A DNA stretch of 64,000 bases, taken from the sequence record ON286972, one strand, 5' to 3'. The notes below the pieces were generated by a model that was not told where the DNA came from, searched no databases, and saw only the letters and a list, made by a program, of their open reading frames with translations. The stretch is from Escherichia phage A4. A program made the position numbers and the translations under genes. Shown in pieces: positions 14,422 through 25,817 of this stretch (positions within the stretch are counted from its first letter, which is position 1; each line of letters begins with the position of its first letter).

Positions 14422-17085
14422 ATGGCAGGAGAACTCCTATCGCCTGGCGTTTCCATTTCAGTTACTGATGAAAGTATGAGCACTGCTTCCGCACCTGGAA
14501 CAGTACCACTATTCATCATTGCTACCGCAGAAGATAAATTAGTACCAGGTAGCAACACAATCGCTGCTGGAACCACAAAAGCAAATGCTGGTAAGTTGCA
14601 ACTTCTAACTTCTCAGAAAAGTTCACTAGACACTTACGGCACACCGATTTTTCAATCAAGTAATGGTTCAGTTGTTCAAGGTGACGAACTAAACGAATAC
14701 GGCCTACATGCTGCTTATTCTTACCTTGGTATTACTAACCGTGCTTATGTTGTACGTGCAGATATCGACTTGGCACAACTATCACCTTCTGCTACTGCTC
14801 CAACTGGTCCAGTACCAAACGGTACATTGTGGCTAGATGTTGCTCAATCACAAGTTGAAGCATATGTTTCTAAAGTGGATTCACCAACCAGTTTCTATGA
14901 CTGGCAACTAAAACCAGTAACTATTGTTAGTGCTGAAGAAGTTAGTGATGTTAGCCTAGTTGGTATCAACGTTGACGATCTAGTACTACGTTATAAGCCA
15001 AGCAATGGTCAAATGCTAATGTACAAACGTGCAGCATCTGGTCTAGTTCAAGTTGAAACTTACCTTTCACCAATCAACAAAGTACCAGTAGGTAATACAG
15101 TTGAGAAAGGTAATATCTGGATTCGTGATGGATACACTCAAAATGGTGCTAATTACTTCGGTACTCGTTTTGTTATTAAACGTTATGCATCCCTAACTCA
15201 AGTTTGGAATCAAGTACAAGCATTCACTGGTAACAGTTTCCAAGAAATTGAATCCAAAAGTGGTGTTCTAAATAACAGCTTCATCGCTACTCGTTTTGAC
15301 TGGGATAGTAAGAGTTTCTCTTTCTATATTCAAAGTGCAAAACTACCAGCACTAAGTGCTCCAGCGATTCCAGTTGGTGAAACTGTAGTTGTTCAAGCAG
15401 ACCAAGATTCTTACTTGACTTTCTCTTATTTGACCAAAACTGTTAAAGTACTAGCAGTTGCACTAGGTGGTGTTATTAACACTCAAACTATTCTTGACAA
15501 TCTAAATGCTTCATCTGAACTAATCAATGATGGCTTTAAATTTAAAAGAGAAAGTAATGGTGGCCTAGTAATTAATAGTTCTAAAGGTTATAGTTTCAAA
15601 ACTGCACAAAGTGGTAGTGTACTATTTGATGAAGATGAATTTGCAAAACTAACTGTTGATAGTAATAACTATGCTTTGATTAACGTTAACAATTTCCGTG
15701 TTGATAGTAACGTTCCACGTAGTATCGCTAAAGAAGGTACTCTATGGTATGATTTCAGTAATTCTGATAATCTAAATGTTACCATGTATCTAGCTGATGT
15801 TGCTAATGACAAATGGGTTGAAGTTGACGAAGCTAACAAATATGTGCAAGTTGACGAACCTGCTGCTGACCGTACAATCTGGGTTTCTCCTAAATCACAA
15901 GGTATTGATGGCTACGATTTCTATCGTAATGTTAATGGTGAGTGGGTTAAACTTGACAGTACTGATCAAAGTACACTAAACGGTATGATCTTCAAGGACT
16001 TTAACTTCCCTGAACAAGTTCCAGCGGCTGCTCTATACCAAAACGGTATGCTCGCAATCGACCTTGGAAATACTGAAGGTGTGGTTAAGAAAATGATCGA
16101 TGGATTTTGGCATGTTGTCAGTGGTGTTGGTCTTGATGGGAATGGCTTGTTTGGTCGTGCTGCTCAACGCCAATTGGTTGTAGAAGCACTAAATGCAGTT
16201 ATCGTTGGAAACGATGATATCCGTTCTGAATTCATTGACTTTAACCTAATTTCTGTTCCTGGTTATGTTGAATGTTTAGATGAGTGTGTGACCCTAAACA
16301 CCGACCGTAAAGAAACTGCTTTCATCGTAACTGATGTTCCAGCACGTTTGAACCCAACTGGTAACGGTAATGCTGTTCAACAATGGGCAACTAACGCAAA
16401 TAACGCACCAAGTAATGGTGATGTTGGTCGTACTACTGCATATGATTATGCTGCTCAATATATGGGCTGGTGCTTAAGTACTAACGTTGATGGTGAAGAA
16501 GTTGCAGTTCCTGGCAGTACTATTGCAATGCGTACCTATGCATACAGCGACAGCGTAAGTTATGTATGGTATCCACCTGCTGGTACTACTCGTGGTGTTG
16601 TAACAAACGCTGCATCTGTAGGCTTCATCAATGATGAAGGTGAATATCAGCCAGTGGTTTATAACCAAGGTCAACGTGATGTAATGTACACCAACAACAT
16701 TAACCCAATTGCAATGCGTCCAAATCGTGGTTTGCTAGTATATGGTGATAAAACACTATCTCCTAACCAAACTTCCGCATTAAGCCGTGTTAACGTTGCA
16801 CGTTTAGTTGTTTATATTCGTCGTCAACTAGAAATTATTTCTGAACCATTCCTATTCCGTTTGAATACTCCAAGTACTCGTCAGGAATTCAGTGGTGTAG
16901 TTAATAGCTTCCTAGCTGAAATCGTTCAACAACAAGGTCTATATAACTTCGCAGTTGTTTGTGATGAAAGTAACAACACCTCCGAGCGAATTGACCGTAA
17001 CGAACTTTGGATGGATATCGCAATCCAACCTACTAAGTCTATCAACTTCATTTACGTACCGATTCGTATTGAAAAGACTCAATAA
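14422..17085 (+). CDS. tail sheath protein (T4 gp18 homolog)
   Basis: N-terminus LLSPG as in gp18; C-terminus FAVVCDESNNTSERIDRNELWMDIAIQPTKSINFIYV matches gp18 RVVCDTTNNTPSVIDRNEFVATFYIQPARSINYITL. Confidence 0.9.
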   Translation: MAGELLSPGVSISVTDESMSTASAPGTVPLFIIATAEDKLVPGSNTIAAGTTKANAGKLQLLTSQKSSLDTYGTPIFQSSNGSVVQGDELNEYGLHAAYSYLGITNRAYVVRADIDLAQLSPSATAPTGPVPNGTLWLDVAQSQVEAYVSKVDSPTSFYDWQLKPVTIVSAEEVSDVSLVGINVDDLVLRYKPSNGQMLMYKRAASGLVQVETYLSPINKVPVGNTVEKGNIWIRDGYTQNGANYFGTRFVIKRYASLTQVWNQVQAFTGNSFQEIESKSGVLNNSFIATRFDWDSKSFSFYIQSAKLPALSAPAIPVGETVVVQADQDSYLTFSYLTKTVKVLAVALGGVINTQTILDNLNASSELINDGFKFKRESNGGLVINSSKGYSFKTAQSGSVLFDEDEFAKLTVDSNNYALINVNNFRVDSNVPRSIAKEGTLWYDFSNSDNLNVTMYLADVANDKWVEVDEANKYVQVDEPAADRTIWVSPKSQGIDGYDFYRNVNGEWVKLDSTDQSTLNGMIFKDFNFPEQVPAAALYQNGMLAIDLGNTEGVVKKMIDGFWHVVSGVGLDGNGLFGRAAQRQLVVEALNAVIVGNDDIRSEFIDFNLISVPGYVECLDECVTLNTDRKETAFIVTDVPARLNPTGNGNAVQQWATNANNAPSNGDVGRTTAYDYAAQYMGWCLSTNVDGEEVAVPGSTIAMRTYAYSDSVSYVWYPPAGTTRGVVTNAASVGFINDEGEYQPVVYNQGQRDVMYTNNINPIAMRPNRGLLVYGDKTLSPNQTSALSRVNVARLVVYIRRQLEIISEPFLFRLNTPSTRQEFSGVVNSFLAEIVQQQGLYNFAVVCDESNNTSERIDRNELWMDIAIQPTKSINFIYVPIRIEKTQ

Positions 17086-17091
17086 CACACT

Positions 17092-17118
17092 AAGGGAACC
17101 ATATGGTTCCCTTTTTTA
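17092..17118 (+). terminator. rho-independent terminator after the sheath gene
   Basis: AAGGGAACC / GGTTCCCTT perfect stem, ATAT loop, TTTTT tail. Confidence 0.7.
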
Positions 17119-17163
17119 TTGTTTAAATTAAATACCATATATTCAGTAAGGTGAGAGGGATAT

Positions 17164-17334
17164 ATGGACGAAATAATTAAAAGTATCCTACAAGAATTGG
17201 CCTTTAATTCAGAATCACAAGAAGAAGCCCAAAATCTTATAGAAGCCTTAATGGAAGTATTAAAAGATGTGGGTATTGTGAGTGATTTTTCTGCTTATAC
17301 AAATGGTAGATGGTCAGTTCGGTGTAAGGTTTAA
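17164..17334 (+). CDS. small hypothetical protein (56 aa)
   Basis: ATG with GAGGGA RBS in the sheath-tube intergenic region. Confidence 0.25.
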   Translation: MDEIIKSILQELAFNSESQEEAQNLIEALMEVLKDVGIVSDFSAYTNGRWSVRCKV

Positions 17335-17435
17335 GCTATATACTGGTGAATTCCAGTACACATATTGTATTAATATGGATTGGTTCCCTATAGATAAAAC
17401 ATATCATTAAGTACTACATAAAGTATGTTAATTTT

Positions 17436-17443
17436 TATAAATA
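17436..17443 (+). promoter_or_regulatory. T4-late-promoter-like motif upstream of the tube gene
   Basis: Exact TATAAATA 38 bp upstream of the ATG. Confidence 0.5.
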
Positions 17444-17480
17444 ATATAAAGATCTCATTTCCTAATAGGAGAATTAATTA

Positions 17481-18164
17481 ATGGCTACTATGCTAGATCG
17501 ATATGGCGTTCCGCTTGCTGGTGGTGGTCGTATTTCAATGAAACAACCAAAAGCAAAATATAAATTCCGTGTAATTTTCTTTGGTTTTGGTGCCAATGAT
17601 GATGGCAACATGATTACACTAGATACAAACACTGTTGGTGCAGTATCTGTATCGCATGAAAACGTAACTGTTCATAGTTATAACAGTTCCGCACACTATA
17701 AAGGCAAATATACTTGGGATGCGATTGAAGTTGCTTTCCGTGATTCAGTTGGTAATGCTTCAGCAAAAGCACTTTACAACCAAATGCGTAAAGAATTCAA
17801 CTACTATAGTCAAGAATCTCGTATGACTGATTCCCAGTTTAAATTTGAAATGTGGATTCAAGAACTAGATGGTTCTAACAGCGAAAATGCAACAAACCTT
17901 TTTGAAGGTACTCTAAGTACTTGGGTTTGTCAGGGTTGCTTTATTGAATCCAGCAACTTTGGTGATTGGGATTACTCTTCAAGCGAAGCACAAGTTATTA
18001 CAATGAGTGTTCAACCAGATGGTTGTGCTAAGTTGGGTCCAAACGGTGAAGCATTCGGTGATGAAGTTACTGGTTTCGGTAACCCAAGTACTGCATCTTC
18101 TATTAGTGGTGCACAAACCAACATTAGTAGTACTACACTACCTGATACAAACTTCTTTGATTAA
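17481..18164 (+). CDS. tail tube protein (gp19-like)
   Basis: Directly downstream of the sheath gene; TATAAATA motif 38 bp upstream; C-terminal DWDYSSSEAQVITMSV resembles the gp19 C-terminus. Confidence 0.6.
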   Translation: MATMLDRYGVPLAGGGRISMKQPKAKYKFRVIFFGFGANDDGNMITLDTNTVGAVSVSHENVTVHSYNSSAHYKGKYTWDAIEVAFRDSVGNASAKALYNQMRKEFNYYSQESRMTDSQFKFEMWIQELDGSNSENATNLFEGTLSTWVCQGCFIESSNFGDWDYSSSEAQVITMSVQPDGCAKLGPNGEAFGDEVTGFGNPSTASSISGAQTNISSTTLPDTNFFD

Positions 18165-18180
18165 TTAAAGATACTTCTAA

Positions 18181-18209
18181 AGCCTCGAAACTATTTCGGG
18201 GCTTTTTTT
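18181..18209 (+). terminator. rho-independent terminator after the first tube gene
   Basis: GCCTCGAA / TTCGGGGC stem, T7 tail. Confidence 0.65.
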
Positions 18210-18251
18210 ATGCTAAATAAAGTATAATACCTTAAATTAAAAGAGGTTGCT

Positions 18252-19028
18252 ATGGCAAAAAACATGATTAGTAAATATGGCGTTCCATTACCATCGGGAA
18301 GAAATAAAACAATGCTACAACCTAAAGCTAAGTATAAATTTAGAGTTATTGTTTATAATTTCGGTACTGATATTGATGAGCGTGATCACATCGCATTAGA
18401 TGTTGATAAAGTTGATAGACCAACAGTAACATTCAGTACTCATAAGTTGAACCATTTTACTACCAATACTACATATATTGGTAATCATAACTGGGAACCC
18501 ATCACACTAACAATTCGTGATTCAATCGGTAATGAAAGTGCTAAAGCATTGTCTAGACAGTTACAAAAACAATTAGATTTTCAAAGACGTATTACCTCCA
18601 GAAGTGAACAAGACTATGGTTCGTATAAATTTGGTATGGTTATTCAAATGCTAAATGGACGTAACACAGATGATAGTATTGAAGATTTGGCAAGAAATAC
18701 GGCTGTTTCTGCTGCAACCGCAGTGACAAATAATGGTGGGTTAGTTAACGCAGTAGATCAATTCATCGGCGGCTCCAACTATAATAGTGCTGGTGTAATG
18801 GAATACTTTGTTCTTACAGGGTGTATCATCACCAATATTAGTTACGATTCATTGGAATATAGCTCCAGTGCACCAGTAACTATGGATATTACAATTAAGC
18901 CTGATAATTGTATTCAATTTGATAATATTGAAGAAATGTATAGTACTCGCATTAATTCATTACTACCAGAAAAAGTTAATCAGGGACTAGATATCATTGA
19001 CCGTGTATTCGGTAATATAGGTTTTTAA
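18252..19028 (+). CDS. tail tube paralog (gp19-family)
   Basis: N-terminus YGVPLPSGRNKTMLQPKAKYKFRVIVYNFG nearly identical in pattern to the preceding gene. Confidence 0.55.
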   Translation: MAKNMISKYGVPLPSGRNKTMLQPKAKYKFRVIVYNFGTDIDERDHIALDVDKVDRPTVTFSTHKLNHFTTNTTYIGNHNWEPITLTIRDSIGNESAKALSRQLQKQLDFQRRITSRSEQDYGSYKFGMVIQMLNGRNTDDSIEDLARNTAVSAATAVTNNGGLVNAVDQFIGGSNYNSAGVMEYFVLTGCIITNISYDSLEYSSSAPVTMDITIKPDNCIQFDNIEEMYSTRINSLLPEKVNQGLDIIDRVFGNIGF

Positions 19029-19038
19029 GGAGAGTACT

Positions 19039-21152
<2,114 letters not shown>

Positions 21153-21180
21153 CTTAAACGACCATTAATGGAGTTATTAA

Positions 21181-21711
21181 ATGAACAAACTACAACAAAT
21201 TCTAACAGAAAATAAACCTGTATATGAATATCGTGTCAAATTTGCATTTGAACCTAGTACTGAACAATTGAGTAAAGTTACCCAACGTCTAGTAGATCGC
21301 TATGATGCTTTCGAAGTTGGTGCTCTGAAGAAAACTATTTTCATGGAAAAACCACTAGACTTTTATGAACTAGATTGTGGTGAAATCTGGATGTTTGATT
21401 TCAAATGCAATCGTGGCGTACAGTCTAATGTACTAATGTATGAAATTGGAAACCTTCTATCTGTTACTGAAGCACTTATTCGTGTTCGCGGTAAAGATGA
21501 ACCACGTCAAATTGAAATGTCCATCAGTGAAGATGACGTTGATTTTGACGAAATTCGTGTTATCGGAAAAGATTTCGGTGATGCAGTAGATAGTACTGGT
21601 ATTTCTGGTCAAGAACGTGCTGATAAAGCAGTTGAAGACGCAAAAGAAGAGATTAAACGTGATAATAAATACTCTCAATATATGAGTGCTGGTTTTGGTA
21701 AAAAGGAATAA
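21181..21711 (+). CDS. hypothetical protein
   Basis: 176-aa ORF. Confidence 0.5.
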   Translation: MNKLQQILTENKPVYEYRVKFAFEPSTEQLSKVTQRLVDRYDAFEVGALKKTIFMEKPLDFYELDCGEIWMFDFKCNRGVQSNVLMYEIGNLLSVTEALIRVRGKDEPRQIEMSISEDDVDFDEIRVIGKDFGDAVDSTGISGQERADKAVEDAKEEIKRDNKYSQYMSAGFGKKE

Positions 21712-21714
21712 ACG

Positions 21715-22266
21715 ATGAGTATACTTAATGAAATGTTTGAGTATGAGGACAATGAACTGAATGAAGCTCGTCCTTATAGTCGTTCTCAAAGTGCTATTGA
21801 TAGTGCTAAAGGGAAAGTAAAAGGTATGTTCGGTAGTGGGCAGATTGAGCAAGGTGCACAGGAAGTTGGTGCAGAAGCTAACCGCCTATGGGCTGAATTT
21901 AAACGATATATTGGTAAAAAATATGGTAAAGCACAAAGCTCTGTTCCATATGCTGATGTTGCACAATTCTTCAAAGGTAATCAATTGGATGTGAAATTCC
22001 TCGGTAATAATCAACGCCGTTCTTTTACACCAAAAGATGTTGGTAACGCTCTATTACAGGCTGCTCGTGAATACATGAACACATATCGTGATCAAGAAGA
22101 GCCAGCACCAGCTAAACCACAAAGTGAACCAGCAGCAGCACCACAAGCTTCAAATGAACCACCACAACCAGCGGCGAATCCATCTACCCAATCACAAGGT
22201 ATTGCTGGTATTCTACAAGGTCTAAGTCCTGCTGAACGTGAGCAACTACTTCGAATGATTTCGTAA
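21715..22266 (+). CDS. hypothetical protein
   Basis: 183 aa; Pro/Gln/Ala-rich C-terminal tail. Confidence 0.5.
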   Translation: MSILNEMFEYEDNELNEARPYSRSQSAIDSAKGKVKGMFGSGQIEQGAQEVGAEANRLWAEFKRYIGKKYGKAQSSVPYADVAQFFKGNQLDVKFLGNNQRRSFTPKDVGNALLQAAREYMNTYRDQEEPAPAKPQSEPAAAPQASNEPPQPAANPSTQSQGIAGILQGLSPAEREQLLRMIS

Positions 22267-22278
22267 GGGGATAATACA

Positions 22279-23751
22279 ATGCTTAAATTATTCAGTACTG
22301 AAAGTACGGTAGTTCCTAATGGGTATATCTATACTTCCCATACTGGAGCAAAATATGTCTTCTTAGAAGGTATGTGGTTCAATGATAGTAATATGATGAT
22401 GGTTGATCCACAAAAATATCCAAATATGTATGCTTGTGCTCGACAACAAATTGTTGAGCACAACAATAAATCAAACACTGCATTTAAAATTGGCGAAAAC
22501 TATCTTCACAATGGAAAAGAGTGTACGTTCATCGGTGAAAGCCGCTTCCATAGTGATGACGGTACTATTCTTTCTGAAAGTGAAGTGATTACAGAACTAA
22601 TGGGTGATGAACAACGTGTATATCAAGTTTCCAAAGAAACTCTACAAAAAGAGTGGAGTACTTTGAAATTTTATATTCTACCCCCACATGCACAAGATAT
22701 TTCTATCCCAGCAGGTATGGTAGTTCAAGGATATAAGTTTATTCCTAACAGTCATCGCTTTGTTGAACTAAAAAGCGGTCGCCCTGTAAGCCCAGAAATG
22801 ACACGTAAACTAAGTGAAGAAGGTCTTCGCATTGCTCGCCAATTATCTACAAACAATAAACTAATCCCATTGAAATCTGTATTGATTCAAGGTAATGTTC
22901 GTTCTGAATGGAACGGTAAAGAATTTTGCGATAATGACGGTAATGTGGTAGTATCTGAACAAGGCTCGAAAGCTATTTTCCAAGCATATTCACAGTTCGT
23001 TAAGGCAAATCCTGAAGATTTTCCTTCTTTAACTGGTGCTAGTACTGGTGAAGAACAACGTTTTGGTTCTGTACCGAAGCCAGAAAAAGTTACCGAAGCT
23101 GAAGATGAACCAGCAGTTGGTGTACCAGATGGATACCGTTTTACTTCTGGTAAAAACAAAACTTATGCTAAACAACGTGGTGCTTGGTTTGATGTTGAAA
23201 CTAAAAAACAACTAAATTCAGGTGCTGCACAAAGTATTGAGCGTGCTGCACAACAAGCTATTCTTAAACATAACGAATCCGGTGCAATGAAAATCGGAAC
23301 AAAAGTTACTTCTAAGAAAGGCAAAGAATATGTATACGTTGGTGGTGATCGATTCATTGGTCCAGATGGTAAAATGATTCCAAAAAGTGCTGCACAAGCT
23401 ATTCTGGATCGTTTTGAATCTTCTAAATCAGAGAATGAACCTAAACCAAATGACGCACCACAAGAAGAACCAAAAGCACAAGAAGAACCTAAACCTGAAG
23501 CACAGGCTGAACCGAAAGAAGAACCAAAGGAAGAGCCTAAACCAGAACCGACCCCTGAACCAGAAGTTGAGCAAGGGAATGGTATGGAAGCACTTGCATC
23601 ACAAATTAAATCTTCTCCTTATGCGAAAAAGATTACAGTACTGCTAACCCGTGGTGATAAGGTTTCTTTACTAGCCGCTGACATTCTATTAGCTGGTAAT
23701 AAAGATGAAGTAGTGCAGATTTTAAAATCATTAAATAATAATGATGAATAA
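22279..23751 (+). CDS. hypothetical repeat-containing protein
   Basis: 490 aa; recurring G-x-Y-x-F-x-G-D-x-F...DG modules and a PEPK-rich low-complexity linker (EPKPEAQAEPKEEPKEEPKPEP). Confidence 0.55.
   Translation: MLKLFSTESTVVPNGYIYTSHTGAKYVFLEGMWFNDSNMMMVDPQKYPNMYACARQQIVEHNNKSNTAFKIGENYLHNGKECTFIGESRFHSDDGTILSESEVITELMGDEQRVYQVSKETLQKEWSTLKFYILPPHAQDISIPAGMVVQGYKFIPNSHRFVELKSGRPVSPEMTRKLSEEGLRIARQLSTNNKLIPLKSVLIQGNVRSEWNGKEFCDNDGNVVVSEQGSKAIFQAYSQFVKANPEDFPSLTGASTGEEQRFGSVPKPEKVTEAEDEPAVGVPDGYRFTSGKNKTYAKQRGAWFDVETKKQLNSGAAQSIERAAQQAILKHNESGAMKIGTKVTSKKGKEYVYVGGDRFIGPDGKMIPKSAAQAILDRFESSKSENEPKPNDAPQEEPKAQEEPKPEAQAEPKEEPKEEPKPEPTPEPEVEQGNGMEALASQIKSSPYAKKITVLLTRGDKVSLLAADILLAGNKDEVVQILKSLNNNDE
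22291..22302. repeat. 12-bp palindrome TTCAGTACTGAA
   Basis: Inside a CDS at codons 5-8, F-S-T-E frame. Confidence 0.8.
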
Positions 23752-23770
23752 CTAAAAGGATTTATTGAAA

Positions 23771-24715
23771 ATGGCAAAAAAAATTAATGAAGCACAGGTT
23801 AAAATTGATATTGCTGGTCTAGAATCTGATGATCTAGAAGCACTATCCCGTATGCTTGCACTAGCTGGTCAAGCTGAAAAGCAATCATCCGTAGCACCTA
23901 CTGTTTCTCCAATCGCTCCACTTGACTTCGGTTCTTTTGGTGGTTCAGCGGAAGAACCAGAAGTTGTTGCTCCAGAAATGGGTGCTGATGTAGCACCTGT
24001 TCCAGAAATTGGTGAAGAAGACCCACTAGCACAAGCTGTTGATGATCTATCTGGTTCAGTAACTGATTTCGGTGCTGATGCAGAAGGTGAAGCTGACATT
24101 CCAGTTATCGATGTTGAAGCTCCTGGTGAAGAAGATGAACTTTCTCTTGACATGAGTGGTCAACCTAAGCTAGAATCTACTCTATCAGATGAAGACGAAG
24201 AAGTTATTGAAGAAGAATTCGATTTCGGTCGTATGATGTCTCTAGCTGGTCTTCCTGTTACTGAAGCAGTAGATGAAGATGAAGAAGAAATTGAAGAAGA
24301 AGTTACTGAATCTCAAATCCTTCCTGACCTAAGTCTAGAAGAAGAGAGTCCAGCACTTGACACAACTGATTTTGGTCCTTTCCGTTCTGAATACGATGCT
24401 GTTCAAGATGGTCAAGCTAAAACCAATGGTGTTGAAGGTGATAACTTCATCGTAGTTCCTAAAGGAAACCAATTCTACTGGAGACGTGTTGTTCAAGAAG
24501 AACTTGACAATGTTCCAAATCCAGAAGAATATGATAATGAAGGCAATGTACATCGTGTACATGAATTCAAGCCAAAAGCACCTGGTACTGCTCTAGGTGA
24601 TAACCCACTTAATGTTTACGAAGCTGAAGAAGAAGAGTCTGAAGAAGACGAATCTGTAGAAGACATTTTTGAAAGTCTCCAAAGTAAGTACAATAAGTTT
24701 CTAGGAGATAAGTAA
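23771..24715 (+). CDS. highly acidic protein (scaffold or internal-protein-like)
   Basis: ATG at 23771 (track TTG 23765); long D/E-rich segments. Confidence 0.5.
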   Translation: MAKKINEAQVKIDIAGLESDDLEALSRMLALAGQAEKQSSVAPTVSPIAPLDFGSFGGSAEEPEVVAPEMGADVAPVPEIGEEDPLAQAVDDLSGSVTDFGADAEGEADIPVIDVEAPGEEDELSLDMSGQPKLESTLSDEDEEVIEEEFDFGRMMSLAGLPVTEAVDEDEEEIEEEVTESQILPDLSLEEESPALDTTDFGPFRSEYDAVQDGQAKTNGVEGDNFIVVPKGNQFYWRRVVQEELDNVPNPEEYDNEGNVHRVHEFKPKAPGTALGDNPLNVYEAEEEESEEDESVEDIFESLQSKYNKFLGDK

Positions 24716-24716
24716 T

Positions 24717-25118
24717 ATGTCATACAGCTATCGTGAACTAGTGGAATCACTAGATGCGATTATGGCAGAAGAAGAAGTTCCTCAAGAAGAAAATGGTATC
24801 GTTGTCCAAGAAGATTCGGACAACGTTATCGTTGATTTACTAAAGGAAATCACTACATCTTTAGTTGCTTTAGTTGATAAAGCAAAAGAAGAAGGTTCTG
24901 ACCATAAAGAAATCGCAGAAAAACTTAAAAAAGCATGTGACATTTTGGCAGATGTGGAATATAATGATGACTTAGAAGCGAAAGACAGTACTAAAGAAAT
25001 TGAAGAAGATTTCGGTACTGAAGATATGGCTCCTAAAGTTGACAGTGAAGGTCATCGTAGCTATAAAGTTAAAGATGCTCCTTCTTATGCTGCCAGACAA
25101 GGTTTTGTGGGGATGTAA
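24717..25118 (+). CDS. acidic hypothetical protein
   Basis: 133-aa ORF, E/D-rich. Confidence 0.5.
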   Translation: MSYSYRELVESLDAIMAEEEVPQEENGIVVQEDSDNVIVDLLKEITTSLVALVDKAKEEGSDHKEIAEKLKKACDILADVEYNDDLEAKDSTKEIEEDFGTEDMAPKVDSEGHRSYKVKDAPSYAARQGFVGM

Positions 25119-25120
25119 TT

Positions 25121-25465
25121 ATGATACCACAACCCACTAACAGCACTGAATTTCAAAATGAAGTACTTATAAAAGTTAAAGAAGTACATGAATCGGACGC
25201 TGAAATCACTGACAGAATGCTTCTGATGTCTATTTTTGAAAACTTCAGAACTGGTGGTGGTTTGAGGCTTAGTAAGTATGGATTTATGATTTGTGAAGAA
25301 AATAATCTTTATGAATTTACAAAAATCCCCTTGCTAAGAGAGTTCAAAAGCTCTATAATATTTACATCGCTTGATAGAATATGTAGAAGTCCTTATTATG
25401 TTGATGGCTACTACATATATCTCTCCGACGCAATGATAGTTACTGAATTAACATTGTGTCGGTGA
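25121..25465 (+). CDS. hypothetical protein
   Basis: 114-aa ORF. Confidence 0.5.
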   Translation: MIPQPTNSTEFQNEVLIKVKEVHESDAEITDRMLLMSIFENFRTGGGLRLSKYGFMICEENNLYEFTKIPLLREFKSSIIFTSLDRICRSPYYVDGYYIYLSDAMIVTELTLCR

Positions 25466-25529
25466 TGATTTCAAGCAGTTATTTTCGATGCATATGTAGA
25501 ACGCTTCGAAAATAAAAATGAAAAAGATG

Positions 25530-25557
25530 TTGACAGTACAGATTAACGTGATATAAT
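25530..25557 (+). promoter_or_regulatory. strong sigma70-type promoter P1 upstream of the MoxR-VWA operon
   Basis: TTGACA, 16-bp spacer, extended -10 TGaTATAAT. Confidence 0.65.
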
Positions 25558-25623
25558 GAACGTCACGAAGCAAGATTTCAAAATCACAAGATGTGAGATT
25601 GAAAAAGAAAGAAAAAAAGTTGT

Positions 25624-25651
25624 TGACAAGCCTGAACGATGTGATATAATG
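25624..25651 (+). promoter_or_regulatory. strong sigma70-type promoter P2 upstream of the MoxR-VWA operon
   Basis: TTGACA, 16-bp spacer, TGaTATAAT; the -10 is flanked by the inverted repeat GATGTG / CACATC. Confidence 0.65.
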
Positions 25652-25712
25652 ACCACATCAAGACGGCAAACAAGATTGACCTTTTTAAACACACGGATGA
25701 TTCACTGAAGAT

Positions 25713-25752
25713 AAGGAACTGATAAGTTAAAATACTTTTAACACAGTTCCTT
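25713..25752 (+). repeat. nested palindrome / hairpin in the leader of the MoxR-VWA operon
   Basis: AAGGAACTG ... CAGTTCCTT outer 9-bp stem enclosing the inner inverted repeat GTTAAAA-TAC-TTTTAAC. Confidence 0.6.
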
Positions 25753-25779
25753 TACTTTTGCCAACGGATTGGTTATAAT
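25751..25779 (+). promoter_or_regulatory. weaker promoter-like site P3 proximal to the MoxR start
   Basis: TTTACT, 17-bp spacer, TATAAT about 38 bp before the ATG. Confidence 0.4.
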
Positions 25780-25817
25780 ATAAACCTAGTTTTTTATCCA
25801 ACAAAAGGAAAATACAC

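Noticed and set aside
17118-17480. Possible tRNA or small RNA in the 360-bp sheath-tube intergenic region
   Set aside because: No cloverleaf-compatible sequence or T-loop motif seen by eye; the region holds only a small ORF and a late-promoter-like motif. A dedicated tRNA scan was not run.
23869-24153. Minus-strand 94-aa ORF antisense to the acidic protein gene
   Set aside because: Ser/Gly/Ala-rich mirror of the acidic coding strand; no RBS.
25466-25817. Possible tRNA or ncRNA in the long leader upstream of the MoxR gene
   Set aside because: The sequence is better explained by stacked promoters and a nested palindrome; no tRNA-like features recognised.
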